In this document: piece after piece, positions 1 to 8,497 of the stretch | Layout: every line of letters begins with the position of its first letter | How positions within the stretch are numbered: the stretch's first letter is position 1 | Assembly: GCA_051294375.1 (NCBI GenBank) | Contig: JBJCIZ010000992.1 | Coordinates: 1 to 11,295, forward strand | Length of the DNA: 11,295 nucleotides | DNA from: Paraspadella gotoi | Lineage: Eukaryota; Animalia; Chaetognatha | Reading direction: 5' to 3' | The notes under the pieces: model-generated | What the model was told of the DNA's origin: nothing | What the model saw: only the letters and a program-made list of their open reading frames with translations | The model's database searches: none | Made by a program: the position numbers and the translations under genes

Positions 1-2039
1 AATTTTTCTTTCTCAATTCATTTATCCGTTTTCGTCTTTTTTTTTTTCCTCTCAAATCAAGAATGCTTATTCCATTATATTCTTTTTTTTCATCCCTCCG
101 CGAGACTTAGTGTCAAGACGGTGGAATAAATTATTTATTCTCTTTCTCTTTGTCTGCTCTCGTTTTCTTCTCTCTTCATCTCCGGCTTTTCTCTCCTCCT
201 CTCTCTTTCACATAATTATTCTTTCTCTCTCGTCGATCTTTCTCTCAGAAGTCATGTAGGGGCGCTCTCTCATCTCGAATCGTCTCAAAGAGACAGATCT
301 TTCAACTCAAAGACACCGCCATGTAGAGGGGACTTGTGTTATGAAAGGATTGGGGGACGTAATCATCGCAATCAAGTAGAGGAAGAAGAAATTTGGAGCA
401 AATGAGATAGCAGATAAGATACATAGAAGGACCAATGAACAAAAATAAGACAAGACAGAGTGAGAGAGGGAGCGCATCAAATTGGAAATGACTATTGGGA
501 ACAAGTCGAAAAATTCGGAACAGTAACATAGATATTGGGTCGCGCACGGGTCGCGGTCTCCGGTCTCTCTCTCCTCTCTCAGTGATCTCAATCCTTCGAC
601 TATTCTCTATCCTCTCTCTCTCCTCCATCTCTCGTCATCTCCAATAATTGCGTACTTATACATCTCTCTCGATCAGTCCTCTCTCTCCTGCGCAATCTCA
701 ATCATATCATTGTTATGATAAGATAATGTTTCAAAAATTTAGTTAGAGTATTACATTCGACTGGCAACTTTAAGTATTAACCTTCATCTCACAAGTTACT
801 AGGTATCATCAAAAATTTTCTTTTGTAAATCTGCCATCTATGAGGTTTATGCTAATCGTGCGGAGTTGTTATCTCTTTCTTGGGGTCTTTTCGGGTTCAA
901 TTTTTTTCATTTTGTCGCTTACATTTCTAATTTTTGCTAATTTCACAATATGTATCATTCGGAGAGAGATTGGTTCTTTTGGGTATCTTAGTCAGTCCTG
1001 TGCAAATAAATAATAGGACACGCCCATAACATTCTTATGATTATAAATAGGAATGAGTTAAATTTATTTTTTTAATATGAAAGATATTTATTATAGTAAT
1101 TATAATGTATTTATGCAAATAAGAGACTATTAGTATATAATTTGTAATATGCGTCGTATCTTTTTTAATAAAAAGGCAGCATGAATTTTTTAAAAAGTAA
1201 CTACTCTAAAAGTCTTATTCATTTCTTACTAAGTACTCAATTTACCATGTTGTGATTCAATAGATGCAGAAAAAATAGTAATCTTTTAACCTCTTATGTG
1301 TCTTAAGGTGCTTGTAGCTCGATGGAAGATGACTAAAACCATTTTTTTTAGGTTACAGAGCAGCTAGTAGAAATTCTCTTTCGAAGCTCTCTTAGTTTCC
1401 TCATTATTTCTGTTTCTCATTCATTAATTTTATTTTAACTAACATTCAAATCAATGCTATAGATGTAAATGGCTAAAAAGTATCTTTTAAGTTTTTGAGC
1501 AGTATCTCATTCCAAATTGTTCATATTGTTAAGTTTAACTTATAATTAATATTTCACAAAAAAACTTAGCCAGATCCGTATAAAACCTTTAATGATTCTT
1601 AGCTCTCTCTTGAATTGTCTTTCACGTCGTGCTCATGGATCCTCTCTGAACTCAGAGCTTGATTACGTCCAATTTCAATCAATCCTACACTTGTGTGTTT
1701 TATATCACTTACACATTAAATGAGTAAATTAAAAAGAAATTCTCTCAATATGTTATATAAAATCTATATTTGATCACATCTATATATTTCTTATTTTCAT
1801 TGTTTAAAACTCCAAATTTTCTCTTATACTTGAGATATTAAACGTTGGCGCGTACAAACATCGAGCGCAGTTAGTTTTAGAAGAGTGTCAAAAAGGGCTT
1901 TTCCGTTCCTAACTGTTTGTTCTTTTCTTTTTTGAGCAAGGCAGAAGACTGTAAGTAATTTTTCGAGGCTTGGGAAAAGGAGAAGCATGAAGCGATGAAG
2001 GAGATGAGAATGAGGTGGTAGAGTATGGTGGTGGTTGGT

Positions 2040-2068
2040 GGGGTTGAGGGTGGTGGGTGGTGGGTGGG
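2040..2068 (+). other. Canonical G-quadruplex motif
   Basis: gggg-ttga-ggg-tggt-ggg-tggt-ggg-t-ggg: five runs of at least 3 G with 1-4 nt loops. Motif match only; folding is not shown. Confidence 0.6.
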
Positions 2069-2165
2069 AGGAACGAAAGAACCAGAAATCTCTCGGGAGA
2101 TAGAAACGAAAAGGAAGGAGTTCATACTCTTCCGGACGGGACATATCAAGGCGAATTACGGGTGG

Positions 2166-2360
2166 CGACGAAGAGGGCCAAGCACGGACGACGGCGGAGA
2201 CGAAGAAGGGCAAGACGACGACGAAAAGAAAATGACGACGCTACGACGGACGGAGACGATATAAGAAGAGCACGACGACGAAGAAAATGACGACCGAACG
2301 ATCGGAAATGACGATGAGAAGAAGCACGAGCGACGAAAAAATGACGGACGACGAACGAAA
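2166..2360. repeat. GAC/GAA-rich degenerate tandem with ~55-bp period
   Basis: The motif aaaatgacg recurs with its t at 2233, 2288 and 2342, each time preceded by an (agc)acgacgacga-like segment. Confidence 0.7.
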
Positions 2361-2594
2361 ACGGTGATTCTATTAAATCTCAAAAAAGAAAAAGAAATGA
2401 AATTAAGAAATAAGAAAAACCGAAATTCTTCTTTCGAAAAAAAAAAAAAAGTTGATACGAGAAGAAAAAGAATTCGCTAATTTGACACGAAATACGAGGC
2501 TAAATGCCTATTCGTAAGAGGAAAAGAGACCAAAGAGGGCGCTTTGGTGAACCGTCCTTACCCTTTGTTTGGTGCGTGTGGGTTTGGGCCCTGG

Positions 2595-2770
2595 CTCTCT
2601 CTTTCTCTCTAACTCTCTTCCTCGAAGTCTCTCTCTCTAAGTTTTATCTCTCTCTCTAAGAAGTGTCTCTCTACGTCTCTTCTCTCATACTCTCTCTCTC
2701 TCTTCTCTCTCTCTCGTCTCATCTCGTGGCTCTCTCTCTCATCTCTCTCTCATTCTCCTCCTCTCTCTCT
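2595..2770. repeat. Degenerate (CT)n-rich tract
   Basis: Multiple ctctctct runs separated by short spacers, including repeated tctctctctaag. Confidence 0.85.
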
Positions 2771-3057
2771 TGTTTCGGTCCTTATCTGTCTGATTAGGAG
2801 CGCAAAATTGGGGGGGGGGTTTTGTTTTTGTGTTTTGTTTGTCATTTTTTTCGCTGATATAAATTACGTTTATCATTTTTTTTAATTATTATTTTTTAAT
2901 CATTTTTTTTATCATTTTTAGTGCGCTAAAAATATTTGTTTCGTCGGAAAATAATTCGAACCGAAGGGATTTTTTGATTCGTTCGGCTGATTCTCAATGT
3001 GAAAAAAAGAGTTGTCTGTCTGTCTGCATTATCTGTCTGTCTGTCGTATTGCCAAGA

Positions 3058-3220
3058 TTCATTTGCCTTTCTTTCTTTCTTCTCTTCTTTCTTTCTTGTC
3101 TTTCTTATCTTTCATTTCTTTCTCTCTTTCTTCTTTCTTTCATTTCTTGCATTTTCTTTCTTGTCTTTCTTTGCTTTCTCATCTTTTGACATCTCTTTCT
3201 TACTTTATCTTTCTTTCTAC
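3058..3220 (+). repeat. Degenerate (TTTC)n pyrimidine tract
   Basis: ctttctttct-type units; source of the F/L/S-rich ORFs here. Confidence 0.85.
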
Positions 3221-4508
3221 ACGCTATACAAAATCGAACTCTCCTTAATCAGTCGCAGACGGTCCTCTCGCCCCCGGATGTTGACCTGCAATTCCGTTAC
3301 GTACGTCACAGCCCTCCCCGGAATGTTTGACCGCGATCAACGAGGAAAGGAACTTCTACTCTTGGGGCATCTGCTTCGGGGGTTAAGCTATCGTCGACAG
3401 TAATTCCCCAAGTATCTTCAGTATGCGTTGGGTCCTAATACTGAGCCAGCACAGTACGTCGCTCCGCTCGGCGCTCCGGTCTTTCTTCCGTCTTTTTGTG
3501 TTTTAGATTTAGATCTTTTCTTGTCTTCTCTTTTAGTCTCTATGGCTTATACTTGATTCCTTTTTTGGGGCTTTTATCTCTCATTTTTTGTAGGGCCTTT
3601 GCTTTCCCTTTTTCTTTAATTTACATTATTTGCTTCCTTTTGGCTTTCTTTCCCTTTTTGTCCGGCTTTCTTCTCTTTTCTTCATCCTTACCTTTTCTTT
3701 TCATTTTGCGGCTTTTTCTTCTTTTTTTCTTCTCTTAGTCCTTTTCTATTTCATTATGTTTGGCTTTTTTCCTCTTTCTCTCTTACGTTTCTTTCTTAAT
3801 TTAAGCGTTATCTCGCTTTTTTCCTTTCGGCTTCTCTTACCCTTTTCTTTTCTGTTTTTTCTGCCGGCTTTCCCTATCTTATATGTCTTCCGCGGTCACC
3901 TTTTTTCGTGAGGCAAAAGGAAAGGAATCTCCCATATTTTGCACTGCAATAGTTTTACCCGAGCCTCGATAAAGGCTCAACTAAAGCTGACCCCTGAGGT
4001 TTCTATGTATTTCTTCCTCTTGTTACTAACTCAGATGTGTTTTTTTTTACCATTGACTATTTATAACTGAATAAAATAGATATTTCGAATTTATTTGTGC
4101 CTTGACATTCAATTTGCTACTATAAAAAATGAGGTTGGAAAAATCATAGGAAAAAACTCTTTCTGCTCATTTTCCGCTTAAAACTGCCCTCTTTACTCTC
4201 TTCTTTATTCTTCTCCTCTCTCCCTCTCTCTCTCTCATCTTTCTCTTCTTCTCTCTCTCGTGTCTCTCTCTCTCTCTCTCGTCTTCTCTCCTTTTTCACT
4301 CTCCCTCTCATATTCTATCTTCCTCAGGTCCGACCTCTGCAACATCATCTCACCTACTTCCACCTTCGTCGTTCTACCCGTCACCACGTGTTACCAGCCC
4401 ACCCTAAATGGTACACGTACCGCCTCTTCTCTTCTATTCCCATCGAAGTTTTAAAGTCCGAATTCGAAAGAAAAAAACTTCAACTGTTGAGAATTCGAGA
4501 AAATTTTT

Positions 4509-4619
4509 AAGAGAAGGAGAAGGAGAAGAGGGAAGGGGAGGAAGAGGAGGGGGAAGATTAGGAAGGGGGAAGATGAGGAGGGGAGAAAGAGGAGGAGGAA
4601 ATAGGAGGAAGAGAAAGGG
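4509..4619 (+). repeat. G/A-rich polypurine tract
   Basis: ggaga/ggagg units, almost free of pyrimidines. Confidence 0.85.
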
Positions 4620-4732
4620 TTTTATTAATGAAAGAAATCCCATGTATTCCATTTTTTAACGATTAATTGGATGTTTAGAAGACGCGTAATACATCAGATA
4701 CGCATGGAAGAATGGAAAAGAGGAAGATGATT

Positions 4733-4845
4733 AGAAAAAAAGAAAAGAAAAGAAAAGAAAAGAAAAGAAAGAAAGAAAAGAAAAGAAAGAAACGAAAAAA
4801 GAAAAAAAAGAAGGAAAAGTAAAAAAAGAAAAGAAAAAAAAAGTG
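4733..4845 (+). repeat. Polypurine tract including (AGAAA)6
   Basis: agaaa x6 at 4741-4770, followed by an A-rich purine run. Confidence 0.9.
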
Positions 4846-4965
4846 GAATACTTTTAGAGCGTCCCTTTCGATTTCAATCACCAAAAATTCACAGTCAAAT
4901 CGGATGTGAATCGGAAAAGCGGGAAGAGAAAATCACATCTGATTATGTCAACTTCCGAAAGTGAA

Positions 4966-4992
4966 TGGTCACTTTGGTCACTTTGGTCACTG
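4966..4992. repeat. 9-bp tandem repeat (TGGTCACTT) x3
   Basis: tggtcactt tggtcactt tggtcactg. Confidence 0.9.
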
Positions 4993-5006
4993 GTTGAGAA
5001 AACAAG

Positions 5007-5255
5007 TATGTCAATCCTTCAGAAATCGCCTTGCGCCAAGACGGGGGCGCCTGCTAGGGCGGCCCCCGCGGGGTGGCCCCGCGGGAACCGGCCCCGGGGG
5101 GCTAAGCAATCCTTAATTGCTTGGGGGGCGGCCCCCTGTAGCCTCTTTTTTTGGGCCCACAAGGGGCCAACTCCAGGGGGAATCCCCCAGGGGCTAGAAA
5201 AACCTTTCCCTGGGGGGACCCGGTCGGGGGATGAATTTGGCCTGCCCCTGGAACG
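5007..5255 (+). repeat. GC-rich island, left arm of a diverged long inverted repeat (partner 7241-7459)
   Basis: Colinear reverse-complement anchors: tatgtca 5007-5013/tgacata 7453-7459; ctagggcggcc 5054-5064/ggccgccctag 7413-7423; gggggcg 5124-5130/cgccccc 7361-7367; tccctggggg 5207-5216/cccccaggga 7277-7286; cccctgg 5245-5251/ccagggg 7244-7250. Confidence 0.65.
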
Positions 5256-5446
5256 GCTTCTCTCCCTCTATTTTACTCTCTCCTCTCCTCTCCTTTCTCT
5301 CTCTCCCTCTCTCTCTCTTTCTCTATATCTCTTGTTCTTTTTTCATCTTTTATTAAAATAAAATATAAAAATAAAAAAATATTTTTTTGCAACTTCAAGA
5401 TTAATCAATCAATTAACGCAATATGCTGCGGCCAACACACAATATG

Positions 5447-6031
5447 CATAATTTTGGTCAACTTGCATAATTTAGTCAAATTGAACATAAATTTGGGCAA
5501 CTGATAATAATTTGGTCAACTTTAGAATTTGATTGGTAAACTTTCATAATTTGGTAAACTTTTATAATTTGGACAACTTTCATAATTTGGTTAACTTTTA
5601 TAATTTGGTCAACTGGCATAATTTGGTAATTTTTGTTATAATTTAGTCAACTTGCATAATTTGGTTAACCTTTATAATTTTGTAAACTTTTATAATTTGG
5701 TCAACGGACATAATTTGGTCAACTGATTTAATTTGATCAACTTTTAGAATTTGGTAAACTTTTATAATTTGGTAAACTTTCATAATTTGGTTCACTTTCA
5801 TAATTTGGTCAACTTTAACAATTCGGTCAACTGGCATAATTTGGTCATTTTTTTAATAATTTAGTCAACTTGCATAATTTGGTTAACCTTTATAATTTGG
5901 TAAACTTTTATAATTTAGTAAACTTTCATAATTTGGTCAACTGTCATAATTTGGTCAACTTGCATAATTTGGTAAACTTGCATAATTTAGACAACTTGGA
6001 TAATTTGGTCAACTTGCATAATTTGGTCAAC
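5447..6031. repeat. 18-bp tandem minisatellite, consensus YATAATTTGGTMAACTTK, about 32 units
   Basis: Units counted directly, e.g. cataatttggtcaacttg at 5945-5962, tataatttggtaaacttt at 5763-5780 and cataatttggtcaacttt at 5799-5816. A few units are 19-22 bp. The minus-strand ORF 5643..5837 (KVDQIM-like hexapeptides) mirrors the 18-bp period. Confidence 0.97.
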
Positions 6032-6165
6032 AATCAACTTAACAATTAACTAATTATTAATTTCATCTGTCAGAAATAGAAAGAGAGAAAGAGTGAAACA
6101 TTTTTTTAAATAAAATTCATGTAAATGTGACTTTTGTTTTTTCCATTAAAACTCACTTTCACTTG

Positions 6166-6393
6166 CACACTTTTCTACCAACACACAAAATTTTATCTTA
6201 ATTCATCTATAAAATTTTAAATAGTAGAATAAAGAATAGGATGGTTTTTTAATTTACTTATAAAAATAATTAATTAATTAATTAATTATTAATATCAGTT
6301 TTTAAATCCATTCCACATTAGCATTAAACTCAAATTATTTGTGATTAGATATATGGATTGGAATGAAATCTTGTGTGTGGGTAGAAAAGTGTG
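6166..6393. mobile_element. 228-bp foldback / MITE-like element with ~45-bp terminal inverted repeats
   Basis: 6166-6210 (cacacttttctaccaacacacaaaattttatcttaattcatctat) versus the reverse complement of 6349-6393 (cacacttttctacccacacacaagatttcattccaatccatatat): 37/45 ungapped matches, 26/28 in the outer part. The interior is AT-rich. The inverted repeat itself is clear; mobile origin is inference, as no convincing TSD is present. Confidence 0.45.
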
Positions 6394-7014
6394 TGATTGA
6401 GCTAGATATAAAGTTTTGCTCACTCTCTCTCTCAAACCATCAGCCTTTCCTCAACAACGTGAGTTCATCAGAGGCAATCTACAAACTGACAATTATTAAT
6501 TATAAATCTTAAAAGAAAAAAATTTATTTTACGATGTGGAACTCATTTAATGTTGATCATGAATTAAAAATCTTGATGAATAGTTTTTTTTTGGGGGGGG
6601 ACTTTATAATTCACTAAGTAGGTCTGTCGATTACTGCCCATTATTTGTTTATTTATGATTTATTAATTCTTTTTTGAACATCAAATTATGAATATTTTTT
6701 TTACAAAATTATGTTTCTCTCTATCAGTCCATCAGTATGTCTACCAACAAAAAAAAAAGAAACAAAGCAAAAAAAAAGGAAAGAAAAAAAGACAAGTATT
6801 GACTGATTGCTCTTCACACAAATATTGTGGCCCACCTATCATTGTTTGCTCAAACTTGTTTTCTATATCTTAATTGAAATAAAAATAATAAGTTCAAAAA
6901 AGCACATCCCCAATAATTTACTAGGACTACAAATCAAACACCAACGAGTTTAACATAATTTTTAAAAACATGTATATTTCTTTTTTAGTACATTAGAAAC
7001 AAGTCCTAAAGATT

Positions 7015-7160
7015 GAGAGAGAAGAAAAAGGATAGAGAGAGAGAAAGAAAGAGAGAAAGAAAAGAAAAAATAGAAAAAAAAAAGAAAAAAGAGAAAGAAA
7101 AGAGAAAGAGAGAGGAGAGAGAGAGAAACGTGAGAGAGAAAGAGAAAGAAGAAAGGAGAG
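7015..7160 (+). repeat. A/G polypurine tract
   Basis: gaga/gaaa units with only isolated pyrimidines. Confidence 0.85.
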
Positions 7161-7240
7161 TAACAGACAGGAAGATTCCAGAAAAGTAACATTGTCAGAA
7201 AGGTATATTTTTTATCTAAACGTTTGGCTCTCTCTTAACT

Positions 7241-7459
7241 CGCCCAGGGGGAGACTTTTTGCTCCCGAAGGGGTTACCCCCAGGGAGACTTTTTTTGCGC
7301 GCCCCGGGGTGCGCCCCCAGGGGGTTCGCCCTGCGGGCAACATTTTGGGTCTATTAGGGGCGCCCCCTCAAGACATGTTTGGCTGCTCCCGTCCTGGAAT
7401 TAGCTGCCCCCTGGCCGCCCTAGAGCCCCCCGCGGGGCGGAGGATTTGGAGATGACATA
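7241..7459 (-). repeat. GC-rich island, right arm of a diverged long inverted repeat (partner 5007-5255)
   Basis: Carries the same five anchors as the left arm, in reverse-complement and in the same order. Its GC and homopolymer-run content contrasts sharply with the flanks. Confidence 0.65.
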
Positions 7460-7472
7460 TCTCCTCCGAACG

Positions 7473-7497
7473 CCCCCCGCCCCCCGCCCCCCCCCCC
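7473..7497 (-). other. C6-G-C6-G-C11 run; G-quadruplex potential on the minus strand
   Basis: ccccccgccccccgccccccccccc read directly, immediately outside the right GC arm. Confidence 0.5.
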
Positions 7498-7550
7498 TTT
7501 TCCTTGGTTGATCTCTAAGTCGTTAGAGTTCCCTATGCAGAGACAGTTAG

Positions 7551-7577
7551 TCTCCTCTCTCTCTCTTTCTCTCTCTC

Positions 7578-7628
<51 letters not shown>

Positions 7629-7651
7629 CTCCTCTCTCTCTCGCTCTCTCT
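7551..7651. repeat. Imperfect (CT)n microsatellite
   Basis: About 100 bp of CT units with single-base interruptions. Confidence 0.95.
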
Positions 7652-7745
7652 CATTAAATATATCGAGTAAGTAATTAGCATTGTTTGTGCCATTTTATTG
7701 TTTATTCCGTTCGCGTTTCCTTCTACTCGTTAGTACGTCAATGTA

Positions 7746-7747
<2 letters not shown>

Positions 7748-7802
<55 letters not shown>

Positions 7803-7843
7803 CTCTATCTCTATCTCTCTCTCTCCTCTCTCTCACTCTCTCT
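7748..7843. repeat. Imperfect (CT)n microsatellite
   Basis: Long perfect CT run followed by interrupted CT/CTAT units. Confidence 0.95.
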
Positions 7844-8402
7844 CCCCCTCACCGGAGAGACTCGGATGCGCCCACTCTTCGGCAAATCCGCCCACTTCTT
7901 TCCGGAAAATCCTCTTTCCGTCTCTAACAATTTCGCTCCGTGAGTCTTTTTCTATAATTCACATCGTCTTTCACCTGTTCGTGAAAGAGAAAGTGAGTCG
8001 AGATGAGAGAAGCGCAGTGATCTGATTACCGACGGCGAATAATACTGTGAGAATATTTGGCAATTAATCAAGGAATAGGATTTCTGTCAATGACTGACAA
8101 GAGATAAATGTCATGGAATTTATCATTTTATTGTTCCTTAACATTATCATTAATTTTTCGGAAATACCGGATTCTTCTCCGACCAGTGAAATTTATTATT
8201 AAATTGTTTTATTAATTTATTATAAATCGTTTTACAATCGTAAAAAAAATATACAATTTACGTGTAAATAATTTAAATTATGATTAATCTTTCCCTACAA
8301 CTTTTCTTTGACAGATTCAATGCGCATGGCGCACGGACTGGCTTTTCTTGTTTGTATTTGAAACGCATTTCTTCGTCTATTCTCGCACGTACACTCTCGT
8401 TG

Positions 8403-8407
<5 letters not shown>

Positions 8408-8497
<90 letters not shown>
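8408..8497. repeat. (GA)n microsatellite
   Basis: Perfect (GA)35 at 8409-8478, one gg interruption, then further AG units to 8497. Confidence 0.98.

Noticed and set aside
468-486. ggagcgca..aaattgg similarity with ~2797-2811
   Set aside because: Short gapped match that does not extend; compatible with chance.
720-1830. AT-rich block as promoter, origin or organellar insert
   Set aside because: No ORF, RNA gene, repeat structure or specific motif that I could identify.
1824-2383. Cluster of overlapping ORFs with poly-R/D/S/P/H stretches
   Set aside because: By-product of GGT and GAC/GAA repeats.
2974-3911. Hydrophobic membrane-protein-like ORFs
   Set aside because: Translations of T/C-rich low-complexity DNA, open in several frames at once.
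4300-4416. Possible small exon after a pyrimidine tract (ttcctcag|gt at 4327)
   Set aside because: Acceptor-like sites are expected by chance after any Y tract; the donor (tg|gtacac) is weak and the peptides are uninformative.
4906-5361. 151-aa ORF over the left GC island (and 7192..7455 over the right)
   Set aside because: Non-ATG starts; openness is explained by GC richness and CT repeats; no recognisable motif.
5447-6031. CRISPR array or iteron-like origin
   Set aside because: Units are contiguous with no unique spacers, are only 18 bp and degenerate, and no cas or rep gene is nearby.
7748-8497. (CT)n and (GA)n as terminal inverted repeats
   Set aside because: Complementarity is limited to the dinucleotide repeat; I saw no match in the adjoining unique sequence.
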